Assembly (NCBI GenBank): GCA_038237925.1
Contig: JBBRYF010000010.1
Span: 14,133 to 78,132, forward strand
Direction: 5' to 3'
Length of the DNA stretch: 64,000 nt
From: Gaiellales bacterium
GTDB lineage: Bacteria; Actinomycetota; Thermoleophilia; Gaiellales; Gaiellaceae
Below the pieces are notes generated by a model. The model saw only the letters and a program-made list of their open reading frames with translations, did no database searches and was not told the DNA's origin. Made by a program: the position numbers and the translations under genes. Shown here one piece after another: positions 36,007-45,670 of this stretch; the first letter of the stretch is position 1, and each line of letters begins with the position of its first letter.

Positions 36007-36067
36007 CCGCGCCCCCGGCGGGCGGCCCGAGGAGCTCGTCGGGCTGATCGACAGCCTCCCGTCGGAC

Positions 36068-36700
36068 TTGCTGGAGAACGTCTTCACGCACAGCTCCTGG
36101 GCGCCCGACCGCCCGTCGTCGTACGAGCGCCTCGAGTTCCTCGGCGACAGCGTGCTCGAGCTGGCGATCGCGCGGGCGCTCTACGAGCGCTATCCGGACT
36201 TCTCGGAGGGCCGGATGGCGAAGATCCGCTCCCACGTCGTCTCCCGCGCGAGCTGCGCGGTCGTGGCGCGAGAGCTCGGGCTCGGCCAGCGGCTGGCGGA
36301 GCGGGGCGAGGAGCAAGCGCCCGCGGACGAGCTCGACCGGCTTTCGCGCAACCGCAACGTGCTCGCGGCGCTGCTCGAGGCCTCGCTGGCCGCGCTCTAC
36401 CTCCAGCACGGCTTCGAGCCGATCCGCGACGCGATCGTCGCGGCCTTCGACGGCCGGATCGTCTACGCCTTGACGACCCACGTCGACCACAAGACGGAGC
36501 TGCAGGAGGAGCTGGCGCGACGGGGCCTGCAGGTCGTCTACAACGTGCTGGACGTCGACGGGCCGCCGCACGACCGTACCTTCAGGTGCGCGGCGATGAT
36601 CGACGGCGAGGAGGCCGGCGTCGGCAGCGGCCGCTCGAAGAAGGCAGCCGAGCAGGCCGCCGCGCGGCAGGCGCTCGACCGCCTCGCCTCCGCCGCGTAG
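36068..36700 (+). CDS. rnc: ribonuclease III
   Basis: FTHSSW, ERLEFLGDSVLEL, and the dsRBD GPPHDRTF...GSGRSKKAAEQAAA. A TTG start leaves a short N-terminus; an upstream CTG is possible. Confidence 0.88.
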   Translation: MLENVFTHSSWAPDRPSSYERLEFLGDSVLELAIARALYERYPDFSEGRMAKIRSHVVSRASCAVVARELGLGQRLAERGEEQAPADELDRLSRNRNVLAALLEASLAALYLQHGFEPIRDAIVAAFDGRIVYALTTHVDHKTELQEELARRGLQVVYNVLDVDGPPHDRTFRCAAMIDGEEAGVGSGRSKKAAEQAAARQALDRLASAA

Positions 36701-36725
36701 GATCGCGACTCCGAAAGGAGGACGC

Positions 36726-36884
36726 ATGGCCCAGACGGTCGAGTGCCCCTGCGGGCAGACGATCCGCGGAGAGACGGACGACGAGCTGGTCGCGAACGTC
36801 GAGCAGCACGTCCAGGACGATCATCCCGAGCAGGTCGGGAAGATGTCGCGCGAGCAGATCCTCGGGATGGCTCAGCCGGCGTAG
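36726..36884 (+). CDS. small DUF1059-like putative metal-binding protein (52 aa, below the ORF-track cutoff)
   Basis: AAAGGAGG SD 5 nt upstream of the ATG. MAQTVECPCGQTIRGETDDELVANVEQHVQDDHPEQVGKMSREQILGMAQPA, with good G/C third-position bias. Confidence 0.6.
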   Translation: MAQTVECPCGQTIRGETDDELVANVEQHVQDDHPEQVGKMSREQILGMAQPA

Positions 36885-36933
36885 AGCGCGTGGGCGCGGC
36901 GGCATCCGCCGCGCCCATTAGTTTCCAGCCGGC

Positions 36934-39519
36934 ATGCACCTGCGAGCGATCAAGCTGCGCGGCTTCAAGTCGTTCCCCGAGGCCGTCGAGGTCCGGCTCG
37001 AGCCGGGCGTCGCCGTGGTCGTCGGCCCGAACGGCTCGGGCAAGTCGAACGTGGCCGACGCGCTGCTCTGGGCCTCCGGCTCGCTGAGCCCGCACGAGCT
37101 GCGCGCGGAGAAGCCCGACGACGTGCTCTTCGCCGGCTCGCCCGGCCACGCGCCCGCGGACTTCTGCGAGGTCGAGCTGGTCTTCGACAACGAGGACGGT
37201 GCGCTCCCGGAGCTCGACTTCAGCGAGATCTCGATCACGCGCCGGCTGCACCGCGGCGGCGAAGGCCAGTACCTGATCAATCGCGCGGCCGTGCGCCGCA
37301 CTGACCTCGTCGAGCTGCTTGCGGACGTCGGGCTCGGCGGCAGCCACGGTTCGGTTATCAGCCAGGGCAAGGTCGAGCAGATCCTCGCGAGCAAGCCCGA
37401 GGAGCGGCGCGCGCTGATCGAGGACGCGGCCGGGCTTGGGAAATTCAAGCGGCGGCGACACCGGGCGGAGCTGAAGCTGGCTCGGGTGCAGATCCAGGTC
37501 GAGCGCGCCCGCGACCTCGAGGCCGAGGTCAAGGCGCGGCTGCGGCCGCTGGCGCTTCAGGCCACCGCGGCCGAGCGCGCGGAGAAGCTGCTGGGGGAGA
37601 TTGCGGGCCTGCGGGCACGTCTCGCCGAGCTCGACCTCGCCGCGATCGACGACCGGCTGGCCGAGGTCGAGGAGCGGCGCACCGCGGCGTCGCTCGAACG
37701 GAAGCGCACCGGCGAGCGGCTCGAGGCGCTGCTGGCCGAGAGGAATCGCGTCGAGGAGGAGCTCGCCGCGGCAGCCGGTCGCGGCGATGGCGCGACCTCT
37801 GCGCTCTACCGGCTGCGCAGCGCAACCGAGCGGGTCGAGCTGCGGCGCGACGCTGCCCGCGAGCTCGCCGACCGCCTGCGCGCCGAGCCGTTGCTGCCGC
37901 GCACCCGCAGCAATCCTGAGCGCGAGGCGCTGCGCGAGAAAGCGCGGCTGACGCGGGAGCGTCTCATGGCGCTCGAGCACTCGCTCGCCGAGCGCGAGGG
38001 CCTGCCTCCCGCGGCACGAGCGCTCGCGGAGGAGGGCGAGCGGATCGCGCTCTCGCTGCTGGAGGTCGAATCCGGGTACGAGCGGGCCGTGGCCGCCGCG
38101 CTCGCGGGGCGCGCGGCAGCGCTCGTGGCCGCCGACGCGCCCCGGGCGCTGGCCCTGGTCGAGCGAGCACGGAAGGCCGGGCTCGGAAATCTGGCGGTGC
38201 TCGTGCCACCGGTCGCGGAAGAGAGGCGCACGTCCCGCCCTCCGCTCCTCGGCGCGCAGCCGCTGTCGAGCCACGCGAAGGCAAAGCCCGGGGGCGAGCG
38301 CGTGGCCGAGCTGCTCGTAGACGTGTGGGTCGCAGAGCCGGCGGAGCTTGCGCGGGCGGAGACCGGCGTCCTCGTCACCAAGGAAGGTCATTGCTTCGAC
38401 GCCCAGTGCGGGGAGCTGTGGTTCGCCGGCGAGACCGCGGAGGCGATCCTGCTCCAGCTCGACGCGCGGCGGCGCGCCCTGGCGGAGGAGGCGGACGAGC
38501 TCGAGCGCCGCGCGGAGGAGCTTCCCGCCGAAGTGGCGCCGGTCCCGACCGAGCCGCTCGTCGCGCGGTCAGAAAGGCTTGCGGCGGCGCTTCAGAGCGC
38601 CCTGAGCGCAGCCGACCACTTCGAGGCGCCGTTGCGCGCACGCGTGGATGCGGGCGCCACTCGCGCCGGCGCGCTGGCGGCCGAGCTGCGCAGGCTCGGC
38701 GGCGACGAGGCCGAGGTCAGGCGCACCGCGGCCGAGGCCGCCGAGCGAGGGGGCGGCATCGACGTCGAGCGCGCGCGGCTCGAGGCCGAGGCGGCCGAGG
38801 CTCGGCGCCGGCTCGAGGAAGCCGCAGCGGAGCCGGCAGAGGGCAACGACCGCGACGAGCTCGCGGCGAGGATCGAGCGGCTCGAGCGCCGGCGGGAGAC
38901 GCTCGGCCAGGTCAACCCGCTGGCCAAGGAGGAGTACGAGCGCGAGAAGGAGCGCCTCACGGAGCTGGCCGAGCAGCGCTCCGACCTCGAGGCGAGCCTG
39001 AAGGAGCTCGAGGAGCTGCGCAACGAGCTCGCGGAGACCGTCGAGCGGCGCTTCGACGACACCTTCGCCGCGGTCAGCGCGCACTTCGAGGAGGTCGCCT
39101 CGACGCTCTTCCCCGGCGGCACCGGCCGCCTGCGGCTGACCGAGGGCGAGGAGGAAGGCGAAGAGACCGGTGTCGAGGTCGAGCTGCGGCCGGTCGGCAA
39201 GCGCGTGACGCGGCTGTCGCTCCTCTCCGGCGGCGAGAAGGCACTTGGCGCGATCTCGTTCCTGTTCGCGCTCTTCCTCGCGCGGCCGTGCCCGTTCTAC
39301 CTGCTCGACGAGGTCGAGGCCGCGCTCGACGACGCCAACATCGGCCGCTTCGTCGAGCTGCTGCGCCGCTACTCCGAGAGCGCGCAGTTCATCGTCGTCA
39401 CCCACCAGAAGAAGACGATGGAGGCCGCCGACGTGCTCTACGGCGTGACGATGGGCGGCGACGGTGTCTCGCAGATCGTCTCGCGGCGCCTGCCGCGCGA
39501 AGCCGAAGCGGCTGCATAG
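36934..39519 (+). CDS. smc: chromosome segregation protein SMC (short-armed, 861 aa)
   Basis: FKSF...GPNGSGKSNVADA head, long coiled coils, compact hinge (LLEVESGYERAVAAALAG...), C-terminal LSGGEKAL...LLDEVEAALD. Confidence 0.85.
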   Translation: MHLRAIKLRGFKSFPEAVEVRLEPGVAVVVGPNGSGKSNVADALLWASGSLSPHELRAEKPDDVLFAGSPGHAPADFCEVELVFDNEDGALPELDFSEISITRRLHRGGEGQYLINRAAVRRTDLVELLADVGLGGSHGSVISQGKVEQILASKPEERRALIEDAAGLGKFKRRRHRAELKLARVQIQVERARDLEAEVKARLRPLALQATAAERAEKLLGEIAGLRARLAELDLAAIDDRLAEVEERRTAASLERKRTGERLEALLAERNRVEEELAAAAGRGDGATSALYRLRSATERVELRRDAARELADRLRAEPLLPRTRSNPEREALREKARLTRERLMALEHSLAEREGLPPAARALAEEGERIALSLLEVESGYERAVAAALAGRAAALVAADAPRALALVERARKAGLGNLAVLVPPVAEERRTSRPPLLGAQPLSSHAKAKPGGERVAELLVDVWVAEPAELARAETGVLVTKEGHCFDAQCGELWFAGETAEAILLQLDARRRALAEEADELERRAEELPAEVAPVPTEPLVARSERLAAALQSALSAADHFEAPLRARVDAGATRAGALAAELRRLGGDEAEVRRTAAEAAERGGGIDVERARLEAEAAEARRRLEEAAAEPAEGNDRDELAARIERLERRRETLGQVNPLAKEEYEREKERLTELAEQRSDLEASLKELEELRNELAETVERRFDDTFAAVSAHFEEVASTLFPGGTGRLRLTEGEEEGEETGVEVELRPVGKRVTRLSLLSGGEKALGAISFLFALFLARPCPFYLLDEVEAALDDANIGRFVELLRRYSESAQFIVVTHQKKTMEAADVLYGVTMGGDGVSQIVSRRLPREAEAAA

Positions 39520-40712
39520 TGCTCTTCGACCCGGCCGGGTTCGAGCCGCTCACGGACGAGCCCTGGGACGCCGAGCGGGTGCGCGCGGCTATCCGGACGA
39601 TCGTCGCGGACGCGGACGCCGCGTTCGACCCTGTTGGGCTCTGGCCGGCGAACGAGTGGGACGCCTGGGGCTCGACCCCGCCGATGAAGGACCTCTACTG
39701 CGGTGCGGGAGGCGTCATCTGGGCGCTCGACGCGCTGGTCCGCCGCGGGCATGCCGAGACGGGGATCGACCTCGCCGCGGCGGCCGAGCGGACACTCGAG
39801 CTCTGGCCCGAGGCGCCGGACCTCGCCGAAGCCGAGATCGAGCTCCCGGCAGCCCGCGAGTCGTCTCTCCTGTGTGGAGAGGCAGGTCTCCTCCTCGTCA
39901 GCTGGCGTCTCGCGCCCCGCGGTGACCTCGCCGACAGGCTCCTCCAGCGGGTCCGTGAGAACCGCGACAACGAGTTCGAGGAGCTGCTGTGGGGCTCACC
40001 CGGGACGCTCCTTGTGACGCGGGCGATGCATGAATGGACCGGCGAGGAGCGCTGGCTCGAAGCGTGGCGCGAGAGCGCCGAGGCGCTCATGGCCCGCCGT
40101 GACCCCGACGGGATCTGGACGCAGCAGCTCTACGGCACCCAGGGGCGCCTCCTGGGCCCGGCGCACGGCCTGGTTGGAATCGTGCACGCGCTGCTGCAGG
40201 TCGAGAGCGAGTGGAGCGAATCGCTCCGGAGCGAGACGGCGGAGATCCTCGGCCACGAGGCGATCGTCGAGGACGGGCTGGCGACGTGGCCGGCGGGGGC
40301 GGGCGGGCCGCTTGCTCCCGCCAGCGGGAGCGGGATCCGCCTGCAATGGTGCCACGGTGCGCCCGGGATGGTCGCAACCGCGGCGCCGTACCTCGACGAG
40401 GAGCTCCTGCTCGCTGGCGCCGAGCTGACGTGGCGCGCGGGCGCGCACCGCGAGGAGAAGGGCCCGGGTCTCTGCCACGGCACCTCCGGGAACGGGTACG
40501 CGCTCTTGAAGACCTTCGAGCGCACCGGAGACGAGCGCTGGCTGGAGCGGGCGCGCAGCTTTGCCGTCCACGCGCTCGGCCAGGTCGAGCGCACGCGCGC
40601 CGAGCAAGGCCACGGCCGCTACTCGCTCTTCACGGGAGACGTGGGCGTGGCGCTTTTCGCCGCAGCGTGCCTCGACGCCGACGCGCGCTTCCCGATCCTC
40701 GACGACTACTAG
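39519..40712 (+). CDS. stand-alone LanC-like (LanCL-type) protein
   Basis: 397 aa. The GTG shares one base with the smc TAG. Zn-ligand signatures are LQWCHGAPGM and GLCHGTSGNGYALL; repeated GxxG-type helical repeats (CGAGGVIWAL, GEAGLLLV, GSPGTLLV, GPAHGLVGI). Confidence 0.8.
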   Translation: MLFDPAGFEPLTDEPWDAERVRAAIRTIVADADAAFDPVGLWPANEWDAWGSTPPMKDLYCGAGGVIWALDALVRRGHAETGIDLAAAAERTLELWPEAPDLAEAEIELPAARESSLLCGEAGLLLVSWRLAPRGDLADRLLQRVRENRDNEFEELLWGSPGTLLVTRAMHEWTGEERWLEAWRESAEALMARRDPDGIWTQQLYGTQGRLLGPAHGLVGIVHALLQVESEWSESLRSETAEILGHEAIVEDGLATWPAGAGGPLAPASGSGIRLQWCHGAPGMVATAAPYLDEELLLAGAELTWRAGAHREEKGPGLCHGTSGNGYALLKTFERTGDERWLERARSFAVHALGQVERTRAEQGHGRYSLFTGDVGVALFAAACLDADARFPILDDY

Positions 40713-40721
40713 GCTGCCGCG

Positions 40722-41675
40722 ATGGCACGAAGCTGGTCAGAGTTGCTCGGCGACGGCGCGGGTGCGGACGAGCAGGAGCCGCAGCGCGAGGGCATGTTCT
40801 CGCGGCTACGGGACTCGCTCGGAAAGAGCCGCCGCGCGCTGACCGAGCAGATCGCCGTCGCCGCGTTCGACCCGAACGAGACGGCGTCGTGGGAGCGGCT
40901 CGAGGAAGCCCTGATCGCCGCCGATGTCGGCGTTCCCGCGACCGCCGAGCTGGTGCAGCGGCTCGAGGCACGCGGCGATGTAGCCGGCGACCTTGCGGGC
41001 GCGCTGCAGGAGGAGGCCTCGCGGATGCTTGGCGAGCCCGCACGGCTCGAGCTGCGTGCGCAGCTGAGCGTGATCCTCGTCGTCGGCGTCAACGGCACGG
41101 GCAAGACGACGACGATCGGCAAGCTCGCTGCCAAGCTCAGCGAGCACAAGCGGTCGGTGCTGGTCGCCGCGGCCGACACCTTCCGCGCGGCGGCCGAGGA
41201 GCAGCTCGAGATCTGGGCCAAGCGCGCGAACGCCGACTTCGTCGGCTCGGAGCGAGGAGGCGATCCGGCCGCGGTCGCGTTCGACGCGATCGGCGCGGCG
41301 CAGTCCCGCAACCGCGACGTCGTGATCGTCGATACCGCCGGCCGCCTGCACACACAGGCGAACCTGATGGAAGAGCTCGCGAAGGTGCGGCGCGTGATCG
41401 GCCAGCGGCTCGAGGGCGCGCCGCACGAGACGCTGCTCGTCGTCGACGCGACGACCGGCCAGAACGGCCTGCAGCAGGCGCGCCTGTTCGGCCAGGCGGT
41501 CGAGGTCAGCGGGATCGTCCTGACCAAGCTCGACGGCTCGGCCAAGGGCGGGGTCGCGATCGCGATCGCCCACGAGCTCGGCCTGCCGGTGAAGCTGATC
41601 GGGATCGGCGAGGGCCTCGATGACCTGAGGCCCTTCGATCCGGACGAGTTCGCTCGCGCTCTCCTTGCCGCTTAG
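40722..41675 (+). CDS. ftsY: signal recognition particle receptor FtsY
   Basis: NG domain: VGVNGTGKTTTIGKLA, DTAGRL, TKLDGSAKGG. Confidence 0.92.
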   Translation: MARSWSELLGDGAGADEQEPQREGMFSRLRDSLGKSRRALTEQIAVAAFDPNETASWERLEEALIAADVGVPATAELVQRLEARGDVAGDLAGALQEEASRMLGEPARLELRAQLSVILVVGVNGTGKTTTIGKLAAKLSEHKRSVLVAAADTFRAAAEEQLEIWAKRANADFVGSERGGDPAAVAFDAIGAAQSRNRDVVIVDTAGRLHTQANLMEELAKVRRVIGQRLEGAPHETLLVVDATTGQNGLQQARLFGQAVEVSGIVLTKLDGSAKGGVAIAIAHELGLPVKLIGIGEGLDDLRPFDPDEFARALLAA

Positions 41676-41881
41676 CTGCGTTGGACCGCGAACGCGATGT
41701 TCACCGTCGTGCGGTACTCGCTGATGCGCTCGCCCTCGACGAGGGCGCTCATCGAGACGACGTCGGCGCCCGTAATCCCGAGCACGGTCTTCGCCGCCTC
41801 CTGAACGGCTGCATCCGCGGCCTTGGCGAAGCTCTCCGGGGACGAGCCGATGATCGTGATCACTTTCGCGATGTCTGCCAT
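41672..41881 (-). CDS. dodecin-family flavin-binding protein
   Basis: 69 aa: KVITIIGSSPESFAKAADAAVQEAAKTV...EYRTTVNIAF matches the dodecin pattern. Confidence 0.75.
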   Translation of the reverse strand: MADIAKVITIIGSSPESFAKAADAAVQEAAKTVLGITGADVVSMSALVEGERISEYRTTVNIAFAVQRS

Positions 41882-41899
41882 GTCGCTCCTTTCAGTGGG

Positions 41900-42745
41900 T
41901 TACCTGGCGATTCCGAGCAGCTGCAGCACGCCGGTCTCGCCCTCGGTGGCGTCCTGGCGCAAGAGCTCGTCGAGCTCGACGCCCAGTAGGAAGATGATCG
42001 ACGAGGTGTACACGTAGCCGGCGAGCACGAGGAAGACGCCGAGGCTGCCGGTCGCAGTCTTGAAGCTCAGCACCTGTGTGACGAGCAGCTTGAACACCAT
42101 CGAGCTGGCCACCCAGGCGAGGATCACGAGCAGCGAGCCGCCTGTCACCCACTTCTTCGAGCGCGACTCGACGGGCCCGAAGTGAGCGAGCATGGCAACG
42201 GCCAGCACCAACAGCACCCCGGCCACGAGCCAGCGGCCGAGCGCGACCACGACCTGAAGCGCTCCGTGCTTCGCGAGCGCGGGAGCGGCCAGCACCGCGA
42301 GCGCGACGCCCACCACGCACACGGCGACCACGGCGGCGAGCGCAAACGAGAGCGGGAACCGCACCTTCCAGGACCGCGTCTCCTCGGAGCCGTAGATGAC
42401 GTTCGTGGACGACATCACGGCTCTGACGGAGCCCGAGATGTACCAGAGGGCGACGACCGTGGCGAACACGATCAGCCCCGTCGAGTCCGTCGAGAAGATC
42501 TTCTCCACCGCCACGTCGATCGCGTGCGCGGTGGCCGGCTGAACGTGCGACTGCAACCGAGGCAGCATCGTCTGCTTCCACACGTGCTGCTGGCCGACCG
42601 CGCCGAGCAGCGCCAGCCCCAGCAGCGTCAGCGGCACGAGCGCCTTCAGGACCGCGAAGGCGATCGCGCTCGCATGGTCGAGCAGCGCGTGCTCGTCGAA
42701 GAGGTCGACCCAGAGGTTGACGAACTTCCGCAAGCGATCCTTCAT
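41900..42745 (-). CDS. YihY/BrkB-family membrane protein
   Basis: 281 aa, about 6 TM segments, N-terminal ...DHASAIAFAVLKALVPL. Confidence 0.75.
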   Translation of the reverse strand: MKDRLRKFVNLWVDLFDEHALLDHASAIAFAVLKALVPLTLLGLALLGAVGQQHVWKQTMLPRLQSHVQPATAHAIDVAVEKIFSTDSTGLIVFATVVALWYISGSVRAVMSSTNVIYGSEETRSWKVRFPLSFALAAVVAVCVVGVALAVLAAPALAKHGALQVVVALGRWLVAGVLLVLAVAMLAHFGPVESRSKKWVTGGSLLVILAWVASSMVFKLLVTQVLSFKTATGSLGVFLVLAGYVYTSSIIFLLGVELDELLRQDATEGETGVLQLLGIAR

Positions 42746-42789
42746 GCGCGTCGCCTACCCGAAAAGGCCCGCGGCTAGACTGGCTGGCC

Positions 42790-44181
<1,392 letters not shown>

Positions 44182-44184
44182 CGG

Positions 44185-44430
44185 TTGGCAGTCAAGCTGA
44201 GGTTGACCCGCGTAGGGTCGAAGAAGAACCCGGTCTACCGCATCGTCGCGGCGGACTCACGCTCGCCGCGCGACGGCAAGTTCCTGGAGATCCTCGGTCG
44301 GTACAACCCGCAGACCGACCCGTCGACGATCGAGTTCGACGAGGAGCGGGTGCGGGACTGGATCTCGAAGGGCGCGCAGCCCTCGAACACGGTGCAGAAA
44401 CTGCTGAAGGCCAAGAACTTCGGTGGTTGA
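44185..44430 (+). CDS. rpsP: 30S ribosomal protein S16
   Basis: [40 protein letters not shown] upstream of the TTG. Confidence 0.95.
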   Translation: MAVKLRLTRVGSKKNPVYRIVAADSRSPRDGKFLEILGRYNPQTDPSTIEFDEERVRDWISKGAQPSNTVQKLLKAKNFGG

Positions 44431-44653
44431 GATCGTCGAGTACTTGGTTCGCCGCCTGGTCGACGAACCCGACGCGGTGCGCGTCGAGGAGATCGAGCGC
44501 GACGGCGACACGGTGCTCCAGCTCCACGTCGCCAAGGACGACGTGGGCAAGGTGATCGGCCGCCAGGGGCGCCTCGCGCGGGCGCTGCGCACGATCGTCC
44601 GCGCGTCCGCCGGCCGGCGTGAGGGGCGGACGCTGCTCGAGATCGTCGAGTGA
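44423..44653 (+). CDS. KH-domain RNA-binding protein (YlqC family)
   Basis: 76 aa with the [18 protein letters not shown] GxxG KH motif. Confidence 0.85.
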   Translation: MVEIVEYLVRRLVDEPDAVRVEEIERDGDTVLQLHVAKDDVGKVIGRQGRLARALRTIVRASAGRREGRTLLEIVE

Positions 44654-44688
44654 GCGCCTCTCCCGGCAATGATCACCCGGCTCCCGCC

Positions 44689-44780
44689 CGCTAGCACACG
44701 GCGCCAGAGCCCACCCTCGTCCTTATGCGGGCGTCCGGCCCGCACTGCGGACGAGTGCGGCCTCTGGCTTGGTGCTAGCG
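44689..44780 (+). ncRNA. candidate structured RNA element (nested helices with an alternative pairing)
   Basis: P1 is 44689-97 with 44772-80 (9 bp). P2 is 44703-09 with 44762-68 (7 bp). P3 is 44740-46 with 44754-60 (7 bp). The mutually exclusive alternative pairs 44716-22 with 44749-55 and 44727-32 with 44738-43. Confidence 0.3.
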
Positions 44781-44817
44781 ACCGCGAGCTCGAGCATCAT
44801 CACCGGAAGAGGCGCTG

Positions 44818-45510
44818 ATGCGCGTCGCCGCGCTCTACGACATCCACGGGAACCTCCCGGCACTCGAGGTGGTGCTTGCAGAGGTCGAGCGCGAGCGTGT
44901 GGACGCGATCGTGATCGGCGGTGACATCGCGGCCGGGCCGCCGGAGCCGCGCGAGGTCGTCGAGCTCCTGCGCTCGCTGCCGACCGCGTACTGCATCCGC
45001 GGCAACGCCGACCGGCTCCGTGACCCGGAGTTCGCCGAGGACGAAGGCCTTGCCTGGCTGCTCCAGCGGCTCGACGAGGAGCAGGCCGACTGGCTCGTCG
45101 GCCTGCCGTTCTCCGTCGTCCTCGACGACACGCTCTACGTCCACGCCACACCGGTCGACGACACGACGATCGTCACCGAGGTGACCACGGACGAGAAGCT
45201 CGCAGACCTGCTGCGCGACGTCGCGCAGGGTCGTGTCGTCGCGGGCCACACGCACATGCAGCTCGAGCGGCGTGTGGGGGACAGGCTCTTCGTCAACGCG
45301 GGCAGCGTCGGCTGGCCGTACGAGGGGCGGCCGGGCGCGTACTGGGCGATCCTCGACGAGGGGGTCGAGCTGCGGCGCACCGACTACGACCGCGAGCGCG
45401 CGGCGGAGCTCGTGCGCCAATCGGGCCACCCGCGCGCCGACGAGATCGCGGCGGAGAACATCCTCGTCTCAGCGCCCAGGGCAGAAGCGCTGGCCGTCTT
45501 CGGCGGATGA
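44818..45510 (+). CDS. metallophosphoesterase-family protein
   Basis: YDIHGN, GGDI, GNAD, GHTH motifs. Confidence 0.8.
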   Translation: MRVAALYDIHGNLPALEVVLAEVERERVDAIVIGGDIAAGPPEPREVVELLRSLPTAYCIRGNADRLRDPEFAEDEGLAWLLQRLDEEQADWLVGLPFSVVLDDTLYVHATPVDDTTIVTEVTTDEKLADLLRDVAQGRVVAGHTHMQLERRVGDRLFVNAGSVGWPYEGRPGAYWAILDEGVELRRTDYDRERAAELVRQSGHPRADEIAAENILVSAPRAEALAVFGG

Positions 45511-45535
45511 CCGTCGCTCGCCTCCGGCTCACTCC

Positions 45536-45562
45536 CGCGGGGGAAACCGTGTTTCTCCCGCG
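45536..45562 (+). terminator. hairpin downstream of the metallophosphoesterase gene
   Basis: CGCGGGGGAAAC-CGT-GTTTCTCCCGCG forms a 12-bp stem with one G-U pair. Confidence 0.4.
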
Positions 45563-45612
45563 AGCCCCCTTCTGCTTCCGAGTGGGCCGCGGCTCCGCCG
45601 AGGATTGCCCGC

Positions 45613-45634
45613 GGGGGAACCTCCCGGTTCCCCC
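45613..45634 (+). other. second hairpin sharing the CCCGCGGGGGAA core, upstream of rimM
   Basis: GGGGGAACC-TCCC-GGTTCCCCC forms a 9-bp perfect stem. Confidence 0.4.
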
Positions 45635-45670
45635 CAAGCTCCTTCCACACGCTCACCGGCCGGTCGGCCG

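Noticed and set aside
39519-40712. A lanthipeptide biosynthetic gene cluster around the LanC-like gene.
   Set aside because: No precursor peptide, dehydratase (LanB/LanM/LanKC/LanL), protease or transporter is present anywhere in the window. The neighbours are smc and ftsY.
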